Shown here piece by piece: positions 31,400-41,828 of a stretch of DNA of 64,000 nt. Origin of the DNA: an uncultured archaeon (lineage in GTDB: Archaea > Thermoproteota > Bathyarchaeia > Bathyarchaeales > Bathycorpusculaceae); the NCBI GenBank assembly GCA_963810275.1, contig CAWENF010000001.1, positions 1 to 64,000 on the forward strand, in the 5' to 3' direction. The notes beneath the pieces were generated by a model. That model was not told where the DNA came from and ran no database searches. It worked only from the letters and a program-made list of their open reading frames with translations. How positions within the stretch are numbered: position 1 is the first letter of the stretch; the number at the start of each line of letters is the position of its first letter. The position numbers and the translations under genes are program-made.

Positions 31400-31600
31400 G
31401 AAACCGTCATTAAACCGCTCGGCTGTTTGTAAAGAAGTGAAGGTTAATTTGTTTAAGCTGTTGATGACAACAAAGTCAGTGGGGCAAGGGCTAGCATTAG
31501 CTGTGGTTAAACGATTAGTTGAAGTGCTCTTAACGGCAGTGTTAGTTTTGAGAGTTAAGAAGGCTAGGGGGCAGAATTTATTATCACTTTGCCGATAGGG
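31400..31600 (+). pseudogene. Histidine kinase HATPase_c C-terminal remnant
   Basis: EVKVNLFKLLMTTKSVGQGLALAVVKRLVE, then a shifted frame NGSVSFES*EG*GAEFIITLP (F and G2 boxes, with stops); boundaries approximate. Confidence 0.7.
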
Positions 31601-31950
31601 GATTAAACGCTTTTGCAGCTTTCTCTTAAGGTATGCGCGTTGGAATACTGTTTTTATTGGCAAAATTTATAGCTATATTAGATTTCCATGCAATCAGAGC
31701 TGATAGTTTCGTTGGGCTGTCCTTATTTTAACGAGGGAGATGTCTGCGGAGTTTTTCCAACTTTGAAGGTTAAGGTTTCTTTGAAACATTTTTGTGAGGG
31801 CGATTACGCTAATTGTCCTATATTTTGGTTTAAAGAAAACAAAAAATATGTTTGTTTTGGTTAAGAATCCGTTTCGGGATTGTTTCAGTTTTGTTTCAGG
31901 CAACTACTATACCATTCCATGACCATATTAGTATATGGTGATAAAACAAA

Positions 31951-32271
31951 ATGCAAAAAACTAAAATCATAATCGCTCTGGCCGCAATCGCGGCATTAAC
32001 TTTGGCGGCAGTTGGGTTGGCAGCAGCCCAGGTCGCTCAAAACCAAAACTTCGCAGCTACGGAGGCACCTCAAAACGGAGCCGTCCCTAACCCTGGTTTC
32101 TGGGGCTGGATTGGCAACTGCTTTGGATACAGGGCAGCTGAGCCATATCAAGATCAATATGTGGCTCCTCCAGCCGGGGTTAACCCAACCGCTCCTGAAC
32201 CTTATCAAGGTGGCTACGGTTACAGCAACGGATACGGCTATGGGTATGGTCCATGCTGGGCATGGCGGTAA
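31951..32271 (+). CDS. Secreted Gly/Tyr/Pro-rich small protein
   Basis: Signal peptide; GGYGYSNGYGYGYGPCW tail; GGTGA SD. Confidence 0.75.
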   Translation: MQKTKIIIALAAIAALTLAAVGLAAAQVAQNQNFAATEAPQNGAVPNPGFWGWIGNCFGYRAAEPYQDQYVAPPAGVNPTAPEPYQGGYGYSNGYGYGYGPCWAWR

Positions 32272-32422
32272 ACAGTCCCTTCACTCCTTTCTTCTTTTTT
32301 AATTAACCGTTTTATTTTTTTTGTCAACAACTTTTCATAATCTAATCTGATTACTTTAAGTCCAGTCTCCACTGCACTGCAGCGTCTTTTGAAGCATCTT
32401 ATTAAATATCAAAACTGCTGCT

Positions 32423-33178
32423 TTGCTAAACCCTCTCAAAAGGCGGAAAAACAAGATGATAACAACCGAATTAGCCAAACCCAAAGCCATACAGCAGCGC
32501 CTCTCATTAAACCTAAGAAGCATAGACGCCCTTTTCCCCGGCTTCACCCAAGGAGAGTTCTCAATAATCTGCGGAGCATCAGCCTCAACTATAGCCTCGC
32601 TACTCTGTGTAAGAGCACAGTTAACAAATCAACTCGGCGGCCTAAACAGCAACGTAATCTTTCTTGATGGAGGAAACACCTTTGAACTCTACCGAATTGC
32701 CCAACTCGCCAAAATGCACCAATTGCCCCCTAAACAAGTCTTAGACAACATCTACATCTCTCGGGCGTTTACTGCCTATCAGCTCGTTGAGCTAATCATG
32801 CAGAAAATGGAATTAGCCAGAAAGAAGTTTAATTCAAAAGTCATTATCGTTTCAGATCTTACCGGATTTTTCTTAGACAAAGACATCCCAGAGTTTGAGG
32901 CAAAAAGGCTCTTCAGTCAAGTCACAACTTATCTATCCAACTTTGCCCGAAAAAACAACATTGCCTTAATTGCCACATACCTGCCTCATCGCAATGAGAA
33001 ACTAAACTCTGAGCTTCAGACATTGGCAACAATAAGATCAAGCACTGTTCTATCGCTAAAAACAACAAAGTATGAACGTGTAATCAGCTTAGACAAGCAT
33101 CCATATCTGAGGTTAGGTTCAATGGAGTTGCCTTCTCAAACCACACGGTTGACTGATTTTATAGAGGTGAATGCGTAG
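32423..33178 (+). CDS. Inactivated RadA/RecA-fold protein (PolB2-associated)
   Basis: SIDALFPGF..GE, VIFLDGGNTF, VLDNIYISRAFTAYQ; Walker A degenerate (no GKT). Confidence 0.85.
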   Translation: MLNPLKRRKNKMITTELAKPKAIQQRLSLNLRSIDALFPGFTQGEFSIICGASASTIASLLCVRAQLTNQLGGLNSNVIFLDGGNTFELYRIAQLAKMHQLPPKQVLDNIYISRAFTAYQLVELIMQKMELARKKFNSKVIIVSDLTGFFLDKDIPEFEAKRLFSQVTTYLSNFARKNNIALIATYLPHRNEKLNSELQTLATIRSSTVLSLKTTKYERVISLDKHPYLRLGSMELPSQTTRLTDFIEVNA

Positions 33179-33444
33179 TGGGTAAGACAGTTGAGTCCTA
33201 CCGCCTGGCACTTGAAGATGAGATAAGTCGCTGGAGCGGTTTTGAGCGTGCTCTGCGTTCTGATGATAGGGCAGCTTTTGAGGCGGTGATGGATGCTTGC
33301 CGAAGTTATGCTTCTGCAGGAAGCAATGCAACGCAACCCATACTTTTTGAGCCTATGGTGATTTCGATTTTTGTTGCTCAACAGAAGAGGATAATGCAGT
33401 TAGAGAAGCGGTTAGATGAGCTCGAACATCGTGAAAAGGGTTAG
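33178..33444 (+). CDS. Small conserved PolB2-associated protein (arCOG07300-like)
   Basis: MGKTVESYR...W..FERALRSDDR..FE; translationally coupled between the RadA-like gene and PolB2. Confidence 0.75.
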   Translation: MGKTVESYRLALEDEISRWSGFERALRSDDRAAFEAVMDACRSYASAGSNATQPILFEPMVISIFVAQQKRIMQLEKRLDELEHREKG

Positions 33445-35725
33445 AGGTTGGCTCTTTGATGTTTACCCATCCGTTTTTGGAACAATGGCGGTCTGGGTAA
33501 TTTGTGAGAACGGTCAAAGAGTGCGGCTGACTGACAAGTTTCAACCAAGCGTCTACATCTCCGGAAAACAAGAAGATATAGAACGCTTGGCTAGTGGATT
33601 TTACGCTAATCAATCTATAGCTTCTTGGGGTTTCGCCGAAAAATATGCAAATCCAACCGACTCCCAAAAATCGCGAGTTTTAGAGGTGACGTTGAAGGAT
33701 TGCAGAAGAATTTCTTCATTTACCAATCAAATTTTGAGGGTAGGTGATTTTCTTCGATATGGGGTGCATAATTGTGATTTGCCGGGAGATAGAATGTATC
33801 TTTTTTCGCATGATTTATTCCCTCTTGCTTTTCTTGAAGTTGAGAGTGAAAATTTAGTTCTAAAATATCGCCTGCTAGATAGTGTTGAGAGCATTAACTA
33901 TTCTTTGCCGCCTTTGAGGATAATGCAGTTAAGCTTAGACATAGCCAAAGAAGGCAAAATTGCTAGTCTAGAAGACCCTGTGGGAAGCTTTCAGGTTAAG
34001 CAGGATAAGGAGAATATAGTGATTGATGCTGGTTCAGAAGCGGACAAGCTTCTCGAATTGGTGAAAGTAGTCAAAAAGTTAGATCCTGATGTTGTCTTAA
34101 CCAGAGGTGGAGACTCTTTTCTGTTTGCGTACTTGAGCAAACGGGCTAATGTTAATGGTCTCTTGGACAAGTTTGTTTTAAGCAGGGATAATAAACCGCT
34201 TTTTCCTAAGCCCACTGCTGGTAGGAGCTTCTTTTCGTATGGGCGTGTTTTCTATAAGGCGCCTACAATGAGGTTGTTTGGAAGGATTCATATTGACACG
34301 AGTAATACGTTCATTTTGAATGAAAGTAGTTTTCAGGGGATGTTTGAAATTGCCCGTACCTGCCGTGTACCTCTTCATATGGCTTCGCGTTCATCGATAG
34401 GTTCGAGCATGTCTTCTTTGGAGTTTTATCAAGCATTTAAAGATGATATTTTGCTTCCCAGAAACAAGAGCATACCAGAAGCTTTCAAGTCAGCCTCCGA
34501 ATTGCTAGTTGCAGACCGCGGCGGTTTTGTCTATGAGCCAAGGGTAGGAATACATGATGACGTGGGAGAAGTAGATTTTTCTTCTATGTATCCCAGCTTA
34601 ATGGTTAACAACAACATTTCTGCCGAGACTGTTCTTTGTGAGTGTTGCCCCAATTCTAAATTGAGAATTCCAGAACTCGACTATAACATATGTGAGAAGC
34701 GAATAGGAGTTGTTCCCAAGTCCATTGATCTTATTTTGAAAAAGAGGTTGCTATATAAGCTGCTAAAGGAGGAAACTAAAAATTCTCAGCTTAAGGAGAT
34801 TTATGATAATCGGCAGGTTGCTTTGAAGTGGATATTGGTAACTTGTTTTGGTTATTTGGGTTATAGAAATGCAAAGTTTGGCACCGTTGATGGTCATATT
34901 GGGGTTTGTGCGTTTGGGCGGAATGCTTTTCTTAGGTTTGCTCGTAGAGCTGAAGAGGCAGGATTTGAGGTTATTCATGGTATTGTTGATTCGCTTTGGC
35001 TAAAAAAAGAAAATGCAACCGTTGAAGATTATAGGCGTTTTTGTAGACAAATTAGTGACGAGATCGGTGTTGGTTTGAATTTTGAGGGTCGGTATAAGTG
35101 GCTTGTTTTTTTGCCATCCAAGATGCATCCAAATGTTGGAGTCTTAAATAGATATTATGGTGTGATGGAAAATGGCAAGCTCAAGATAAGAGGTTTGGAA
35201 GTTAGAAAAAGGGATACCTGCAAGTTTGTTTATGACGCTCAGATGGAGATGATTAATGTTTTAGCTAAGGCTAACGATTCCGCTGATTTTATGGAAAAGA
35301 TTCCTGAAGTGTTTGAAATAGTTAGGGCGTATCGGAAGAGACTACTGGAAGGGGAGATTCCTGTTTGGGATTTAATTATTAAGAAGCGGCTTTCCAAAAA
35401 TCCCAAGTACTACCTGCAGCATGTGAGTCAAGTTATTGCTGCGGAACAATTAGCTAAGGAAGGTGCTGATATTCATGCAGGCAATAGCGTAACGTACATT
35501 TTTAGGGATTCAAAAAACAAACTTCACCACCGCAGAGTAGTCGCAGAGCAACTAATAGATAAGGATGTTAACCCTGACATGAGGCAGTACTTGCTTTTGC
35601 TGTACGCTGCTGCTGCTAATCTGCTATGCTTCAAAGGATATACTGCAAAATCCGTAAGTGAATTTATCGACGGATATGCATCTAACTCTTTGAAAAAATA
35701 TTTGACGCCTTTTAGAAGTGAGTGA
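33416..35725 (+). CDS. polB2: Family B DNA polymerase, PolB2 (Dpo2) group
   Basis: DRGG, DFSSMYPS, KWILVTCFGYLGY, HGIVDSLW replacing YGDTDS, NRYYG, RGLEVRKRD; exonuclease motifs degenerate. Confidence 0.92.
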   Translation: MSSNIVKRVRGWLFDVYPSVFGTMAVWVICENGQRVRLTDKFQPSVYISGKQEDIERLASGFYANQSIASWGFAEKYANPTDSQKSRVLEVTLKDCRRISSFTNQILRVGDFLRYGVHNCDLPGDRMYLFSHDLFPLAFLEVESENLVLKYRLLDSVESINYSLPPLRIMQLSLDIAKEGKIASLEDPVGSFQVKQDKENIVIDAGSEADKLLELVKVVKKLDPDVVLTRGGDSFLFAYLSKRANVNGLLDKFVLSRDNKPLFPKPTAGRSFFSYGRVFYKAPTMRLFGRIHIDTSNTFILNESSFQGMFEIARTCRVPLHMASRSSIGSSMSSLEFYQAFKDDILLPRNKSIPEAFKSASELLVADRGGFVYEPRVGIHDDVGEVDFSSMYPSLMVNNNISAETVLCECCPNSKLRIPELDYNICEKRIGVVPKSIDLILKKRLLYKLLKEETKNSQLKEIYDNRQVALKWILVTCFGYLGYRNAKFGTVDGHIGVCAFGRNAFLRFARRAEEAGFEVIHGIVDSLWLKKENATVEDYRRFCRQISDEIGVGLNFEGRYKWLVFLPSKMHPNVGVLNRYYGVMENGKLKIRGLEVRKRDTCKFVYDAQMEMINVLAKANDSADFMEKIPEVFEIVRAYRKRLLEGEIPVWDLIIKKRLSKNPKYYLQHVSQVIAAEQLAKEGADIHAGNSVTYIFRDSKNKLHHRRVVAEQLIDKDVNPDMRQYLLLLYAAAANLLCFKGYTAKSVSEFIDGYASNSLKKYLTPFRSE

Positions 35726-36016
35726 GTTAAATTGCATAACTAATTCATCCATAAAGCGTTAAGGTGTTTTTGACGAAGATACTTCCCTTTTTGGCAGCGG
35801 GTGTCTTTTCGCCCGCTTAGACAATGACCAGTTCGATTTCTTCTTCTGATGATAGAAAACTTGTGCTATCCAGTTGGTGGTTGTGACAAACCCGTATTTA
35901 GCTGGATAGATGTTTGGTTGATTGTTTGGTTCCCGGACCTTAATGTTATCTGTTGATTTTTATACTCAAAAATTTCTTTTAAAGAAAAAAATTTGGTGGG
36001 CAGGTTAATGCCCTAA

Positions 36017-36415
36017 TTATATTGTCGGGAAGAAGGGTGCAGGATAAGTTACGCCGAAAAGCATACCTACAATAATGCTGAGAATTATAAAAATTATCCA
36101 TGCGAGGATAGCAATGGCTATTGCTTTGAGCCAGCCTGTTGAGAAACTTGCTTTGTAGACCCATACCCATGCGATTAGTGCCAAGATGTAGCCGAAGATG
36201 TAAGCGCTTGAACCTATGATGCTGCCTAGGAATAAGTCAACGACAAATGTAATGATTGCGAAAACAATAGGTCCGGCTAAAGTTGCAAGTAAGGCGCTCC
36301 CAAATGATGCTTTACCGCCTGTTAAAGCTTTTCCTGCTATCCAGACTGGTATAGAAATTATAATCCAAAAGATAAATAGACTTATAATAGCGAAGATTAA
36401 ACTTGTAAGTTCCAC
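36017..36415 (-). CDS. Small multi-TM hypothetical membrane protein
   Basis: Four hydrophobic helices; probable GTG start (VELTSLIF...). Confidence 0.7.
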   Translation of the reverse strand: MELTSLIFAIISLFIFWIIISIPVWIAGKALTGGKASFGSALLATLAGPIVFAIITFVVDLFLGSIIGSSAYIFGYILALIAWVWVYKASFSTGWLKAIAIAILAWIIFIILSIIVGMLFGVTYPAPFFPTI

Positions 36416-36539
36416 AGTTTTTTGCCCCTTAAATAGTTTTTTAGGGCTGACATGTTTAAAATATTTTGTGACTGTAAGTAAGTTACAACAGACTACTATC
36501 TGCTTAGCGTTTTTCATTGAGATGCGAATTGTTGTGTTA

Positions 36540-36840
36540 ATTGAAGAATTTTCCCAGCGTTGCCTGCCTAGAGGTGGCTTTATTTTAATTTTCTTTGCTT
36601 TGTCGGTTAGTAGTCCTAAGCGCTCTATGCGTTGTAGGCAGTCTCCTTGGGCGGGCCGTGGTAATGGTTATTGAAGCATCGTAGATTTTTTAGACTTTGG
36701 ATGCGCCTTGCTGGATTTTTGGCACCCAATGCTCCAGCTCTTGGGGGCTGTATTTGTAATCAAACCAGATGTTTTTTCTATGTCAATAGCTAAAGCCGGA
36801 ATCACATTAGTCTCTAAGCGTGTTGCAGAAGCTTTCATGG
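36540..36840 (-). pseudogene. DUF72-family (YecE-like) C-terminal remnant
   Basis: Fragments WFDYKYSPQELEHWVPKIQQ, FNNHYHG, CLQRIERLGLL in shifting frames; boundaries approximate. Confidence 0.65.
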
Positions 36841-37404
36841 AAAGCGAGACTCAAAAGTAAAAATAGGTTTTAAATTTAAAACACAAAAATAAGTTGAAAA
36901 TGTGTTTTTATATTGTTAAGGAGTAAGCTACTTCAATGTTTACTAATATACCGTCTGAAGGATCAAATGTTTAGAATTACAGTAGTGTTTACGTATTCGT
37001 GAGGCTTGAAACATCTACTGGAACATTGCCATCAACTGTTACGTCAATAGGGTTTTTGATTATTTACTGTAATTTTGTCGTATACGTTTATGGGTGTGTC
37101 GTAATTGACTCCCACTTCCTAAGTGACATGCACGTAAACTGGTTCTTGATTTACCAGCTGGAACATCTTGTACCATTCCTCGTTTAAATAATTACAACAG
37201 TTAATACTTCGCCGACAACATTGTTAAATTTTTTTTGATAAATAATTTTTATCTCCAAAACTGTTAACTTTAGTTGTTTCTATCTTCTATTTGCTGGTAA
37301 TAATGGTTTTTTTAACAAAATACGAATTTAGCAGCTTTAATTGATTTATTATTCAAATTTTGGTGGAAACCAGCAAATAAGCTGAACGCGCCTTTATACC
37401 TATT

Positions 37405-37953
37405 ATGATAAGGACCCTAATGTCGTTATCCTCAGTAAGAATAAAATATGAATTGATTGCTTTTCTGGGTATGCAAAGCTCAGATTACACTGAATGGGTT
37501 CCAATGGGAAAACTAGTCAAAGGTTTAGTGGCAATGTTTGTTTCCTTGGAGATTGCCATAAGTGCAACAATCCTATATTTTGGCGAACTCACAATTGAGA
37601 ATTTAATTGGTGTTGCATTAGGTTGGAGTGTTTTAGCCTTAATTGGCTTCATAGTTTGGAATTACCGAGGCATATTCATCGAAATTAGCAACGGAAGACT
37701 TTCTGTAGATTATGGTTTGTTTAACAAAAAATCATTCCTTTTAGATGAGATTAATTATTGTAAGATAACGAAATCTAGTCTTGGGCGATATTTCGGGATA
37801 GGTATCCGGTATGGAAGAGATGGCTCAGTTGCGTACACAACATCGTTTGGTGATGCTGTTGAAGTAAGTCCCAAGGAGGGGCAAGTGTTTGTGTTCTCCT
37901 CAAAAAAGCCCGATAAAGTCTGTGAAACTGTAAACCGCCTTAAGGAGCATTAA
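37405..37953 (+). CDS. Hypothetical membrane protein (two TM plus bacterial-PH-like domain)
   Basis: Two TM helices, FGIGIRYG, FVFSSKKPD; start probably ATG at 37471. Confidence 0.7.
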   Translation: MIRTLMSLSSVRIKYELIAFLGMQSSDYTEWVPMGKLVKGLVAMFVSLEIAISATILYFGELTIENLIGVALGWSVLALIGFIVWNYRGIFIEISNGRLSVDYGLFNKKSFLLDEINYCKITKSSLGRYFGIGIRYGRDGSVAYTTSFGDAVEVSPKEGQVFVFSSKKPDKVCETVNRLKEH

Positions 37954-38123
37954 ATGTCAACTTTTTGTAAACTAAAAAAATACCTGGACAAAATCGCTGC
38001 TCCCTACAATTATATATGTTGCAGACTTATCAATAACTGCTTTTATTTTGCGAATTAATTATTGGTATATCTGGTTAGCTCTGGTAGGAGACAAATTATT
38101 TTTGCTGGTCTTGTGGCGGTATA

Positions 38124-38792
38124 TCAATTATTTTTAGAGCCAATTCTAGTAATTGTTGCTTTTCGTATAGCGGCAATCCTCTCAGCCTGCGTTGGGTAGA
38201 GTGCTGGCAGCCACTTCGCATATTTTGTTTGCTTTCGAATAGAGTATAGTTTGTTTAAAGCAGAAATCATTGCTTCCCCATTCTCTGCGCTAAGATCACA
38301 TTTTATCTCTTGCCTACGGTTCCATTTTGCATTAATAAAAAGAAATATAATTAATCCAAACGGTAAAGAAAGAAAAGATACAACAAAAACTGAAAACAGT
38401 GGTGGCGTAGTACTAAAGAAAACAATATTCCTTATTATTTCATTGTTATAAAAAGCTAAAATCGCAACTATGCATGCAACCAAAATACTGGGAACAAAGA
38501 CCCGCGTAAATCTTTTTTCCCCATGCCTTTCTTTTATGTGATTAAGTTCATGTGCGCCAACTGCTAGCAGCTCTTCAGTCGTTAGTAAGTCCAGATATGA
38601 TGAATCGAAAAATATTCTGTCCAAATAAGCTAAGCCGCCAGCTTTTAAGAAGGAAGGTCTATAATATCTTTCCAGCTTGCCACGCTTTAAGATACGTTGT
38701 ACTTGCATTTGCTCTGCAAGAGTATCAAGGGATTCTGACACAAAGGGCTCTTCTTTTAGTGAACCGGTTAGTATGTAATTTATCAAGCCCAA
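38124..38792 (-). CDS. M48-family (HtpX-like) zinc metalloprotease
   Basis: LTTEELLAVGAHELNH, RRQEIKCD, MISALNKL, YPTQAERI. Confidence 0.8.
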   Translation of the reverse strand: MGLINYILTGSLKEEPFVSESLDTLAEQMQVQRILKRGKLERYYRPSFLKAGGLAYLDRIFFDSSYLDLLTTEELLAVGAHELNHIKERHGEKRFTRVFVPSILVACIVAILAFYNNEIIRNIVFFSTTPPLFSVFVVSFLSLPFGLIIFLFINAKWNRRQEIKCDLSAENGEAMISALNKLYSIRKQTKYAKWLPALYPTQAERIAAIRKATITRIGSKNN

Positions 38793-38869
38793 TATTTATT
38801 TACTCCATTTTTGAAATAATCAGTCGCTTGTATAATTGATGTTCGCTGAAAAGAGCATGTTTTGATCTG

Positions 38870-39240
38870 CTCCACAGTGCGCCCAGATTTAGAGCCCTCA
38901 AGTAATAAGTTCAAGATGATATGCGCTGTTTTCTTTGTTGACCGCGCTGTTTCGTTGACTTATTTTGAAGAGTATATTGCATGAGGGACATTCTTCCTTA
39001 CATTCACGGTTCTCCATTAATTTAAGTCTTTTTTCTCAGAATGATTTTATTTCGAGTACAAGTTTTCTGATATTCCGATTCCGTCTTCAAAACCAAAGAT
39101 TGTCGTTTCTCCAGTTTTTCCAGTCCGGGTGTAATGTTGTTGATAACCCACCGATGCCACTGAAGCAACAGAAGATAATTTTGACTTGCTCGAAGAACAC
39201 GCATTGTTATATGAGGATGACCAACTATGGTAATAACTCA
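38870..39240 (-). pseudogene. DUF1998 (Hrq1/YprA-like DEAD/DEAH helicase) C-terminal remnant
   Basis: Fragments IGGLSTTLHPD, TTIFGFEDGIGISENLY, CKEECPSC, KKTAHIILNLL with stops and frameshifts; boundaries approximate. Confidence 0.7.
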
Positions 39241-39326
39241 GTTTTTTGAAATTATATAAAGAAAAAAGAGATAAGGTATGGAAACATCCAAAATAAAAAG
39301 AAAAAAGGATGTTACACCTATGGATG

Positions 39327-41255
39327 CTACTTTACTTTGTAGTCTTCTGAGTCAACCACTTCGGGTCCGCCCTCAGGACCAGATGGACCTGCATGGGGTG
39401 GCACACCGCCTTCTGGACCTCCGCCCATGTTTGGCTCTGGACCTGAATGTGGCTGCTGTGATTGCTGTTGTTGTTTTGCGGCTTCCGCAGCGGCTTGCTG
39501 GTACACTTTTGTGCCAACTTCCTGCAAGACTTTCTGCAAGGCTTCAGTTTTAGCTTTAACCGCTTCCATGTCGTTGCTTGCCAACGCATTTTTGAGGTCG
39601 GTCACGGCTGCGTCAATTTTGCCTGATTCTTCTGCGCTGATTTTGCCCGCTAAATCGCTCTTTGTTCGTTCTGCAGTGTAAACAAGGCTGTCGGCTTGGT
39701 TTCTTGTTTCGGCTTCTTCTTTCTTTTTGCGGTCTTGCTCTTGGTACTGTTCGGCTTCTCGAATTAGGCGGTCTTTTTCTTCCTGTGTCAGTTTGCTAGA
39801 GGCGGTAATTGTAATTTTTGCTTCTTTGCCTGTTCCTTTGTCTTTGGCGGTTACGTTTAGGATGCCGTTTGCGTCGATGTCAAAGGTCACTTCGATTTGG
39901 GGTACTCCTCTGGGTGCAGGCGGAAGATCTACGAGGTTGAATTGACCCAGCGACACGTTGTCAGATGACATGGCGCGTTCGCCCTGCAGAACATGGATGG
40001 TGACTGCGGTTTGGAAGTCTGCGGCTGTGCTAAAGATTTGGCTGCGCTTAGTGGGTATGGTAGTGTTCTTATCTATGACTTTGGTCATGACTCCGCCCAT
40101 AGTTTCAACGCCAAGGCTCAGTGGAGTGACGTCAAGTAAGAGTAGGTCTTTGACTTCGCCTGTCACAACGCCTCCTTGGATTGCTGCGCCGATTGCAACT
40201 GACTCCATTGGGTCGATGCCGCGTTCAGGTGCTTTTCGCATAATTTGCTCAACGAATCGCTGGACAAGGGGCATTCTAGTCATGCCGCCGATTAAGATGA
40301 TTTTGTCTACTTGCTGGGGGTTCAGCTTGGCGTCTTCTAACGCTTTTAACAGGGTTGGCCTTGTTTTATCGACGATGGGCTGTGCAAGGGATTCAAGTTT
40401 TGTGCGGGTGAGCGTCATGTGTAGGTGTTTGGGTCCAGATGAGTCTGCGGTTAAGAAGGGTAGGTCGATGTCGGTACTCATTAAAGTTGAAAGTTCAATT
40501 TTTGCTTTTTCTGCAGCGTCTTTTAGCCTAGACATTGCCATGCGGTCACCTGAGACGTCTACGCCTGTTTGGCGTTTAAACTCCTCAATGAGGTAGTTCA
40601 TGACTGCTTTGTCCACATCGGTTCCACCCAGCTGTGTGTCGCCGCTGGTGCTAAGAACTTCGAAGACTCCTTTGCCGAAATCCATCAAAGTGACATCGTG
40701 GGTACCTCCTCCAAAACTGAAGACAAGGATTTTCATTTCGTGCTCAAGCTTATCGATTCCATATGCGAGGCAGGCTGCGGTTGGTTCGTTTATGATACGC
40801 ATAACTTTGAACCCTGCGATTTCGCCTGCGTCTTTGGTTGCTTGCCGTTGGTTGTCGTCGAAATGGGCTGGTACTGTGATGACGGCTTGGTTGACAGGCA
40901 CTCCAAGGTAGGTTTCAGCGTCTTTCTTTATCTTCTGCAAGATGAATGCGCTGAGCTGCTGGGGCGTGTATTCTTTGCCGTAGATTTGGGCTTTGTAGTT
41001 GGTGCCCATTTTACGTTTGATTTCAAAGATAGTTCCTTCTGGATTGGTTGTGGCTTGGCGTTTTGCGGGTTCACCGACTAGCAGTTGGCCATCTTTGGTG
41101 AAGGCCACAACGGATGGGAACATTTTACCTGCCATCGTCGGTCCTTCGGCGCTGGGGATAACGGTTGCGTGTCCCCCTTCATAAATGGCTGCGGCGCTGT
41201 TGGTTGTTCCTAGATCGATTCCTAAGATTTTTTGGGTTGATTTTTGATTGCTCAT
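39327..41255 (-). CDS. dnaK: Chaperone DnaK (Hsp70)
   Basis: [44 protein letters not shown]. Confidence 0.98.
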   Translation of the reverse strand: MSNQKSTQKILGIDLGTTNSAAAIYEGGHATVIPSAEGPTMAGKMFPSVVAFTKDGQLLVGEPAKRQATTNPEGTIFEIKRKMGTNYKAQIYGKEYTPQQLSAFILQKIKKDAETYLGVPVNQAVITVPAHFDDNQRQATKDAGEIAGFKVMRIINEPTAACLAYGIDKLEHEMKILVFSFGGGTHDVTLMDFGKGVFEVLSTSGDTQLGGTDVDKAVMNYLIEEFKRQTGVDVSGDRMAMSRLKDAAEKAKIELSTLMSTDIDLPFLTADSSGPKHLHMTLTRTKLESLAQPIVDKTRPTLLKALEDAKLNPQQVDKIILIGGMTRMPLVQRFVEQIMRKAPERGIDPMESVAIGAAIQGGVVTGEVKDLLLLDVTPLSLGVETMGGVMTKVIDKNTTIPTKRSQIFSTAADFQTAVTIHVLQGERAMSSDNVSLGQFNLVDLPPAPRGVPQIEVTFDIDANGILNVTAKDKGTGKEAKITITASSKLTQEEKDRLIREAEQYQEQDRKKKEEAETRNQADSLVYTAERTKSDLAGKISAEESGKIDAAVTDLKNALASNDMEAVKAKTEALQKVLQEVGTKVYQQAAAEAAKQQQQSQQPHSGPEPNMGGGPEGGVPPHAGPSGPEGGPEVVDSEDYKVK

Positions 41256-41290
41256 TTTTTTTCCTCCAATTTATTATTTTTATTTTTTGA

Positions 41291-41803
41291 TTACTTTGAT
41301 TTAGGTTGGGCGACTTTGACTATGCTGGGACGCAGCACCTTGTCTTTCATTTTGTAGCCCCGCCTTACTTCCTCAATAACCACACATTCTTTTGCCTCGT
41401 CGCGTTCCTCCGAGGCGATGGCATTGTGTGAAGTAGGATCAAAAACGGTGCCTAAACAGCACTGTATTGGTGTAACTCCTTCTAGTTCAAGAACCTTTCT
41501 GAGCTTCTTCAGTGTCATTTCCACTCCGTCCACCAAAGTTTTCTGTCCGCCCTCAGCTTCCTTGGCGACTTTGATGGCTAACTCCAACTCGTCCACAACA
41601 TCAAGCAGGTCGCTTACTATACGCTCGTTGCAGTATTTTTTGATGTTCTCGTTTTCTCTGTCAAAGCGTTTTTTTAGATTCTCAAAATCTGCTTGCATGT
41701 ACTGTAGTCGGGTTAGGTAGTCTTCACTACGTTTTTTCTCTGATTCTAACAGCTTCTCGAAGTCGGTTTCGGGTTGGGGTTCTTTTTCTTTATCTTCAAC
41801 CAT
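41291..41803 (-). CDS. grpE: Nucleotide exchange factor GrpE
   Basis: QADFENLKKR, FDPTSHNA, RGYKMKDKVLRPSIVKV. Confidence 0.95.
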   Translation of the reverse strand: MVEDKEKEPQPETDFEKLLESEKKRSEDYLTRLQYMQADFENLKKRFDRENENIKKYCNERIVSDLLDVVDELELAIKVAKEAEGGQKTLVDGVEMTLKKLRKVLELEGVTPIQCCLGTVFDPTSHNAIASEERDEAKECVVIEEVRRGYKMKDKVLRPSIVKVAQPKSK

Positions 41804-41828
41804 AAACTAGTCCTCTATGTTGCTGAAG

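Noticed and set aside
35740-35960. Possible integrase fragment (SSEEEIELVI)
   Set aside because: Similarity too weak; no catalytic residues or att sites
39958-41081. Long + strand ORFs (212 and 170 aa) antisense to dnaK
   Set aside because: Typical antisense shadows of hsp70 codon usage; no independent motifs
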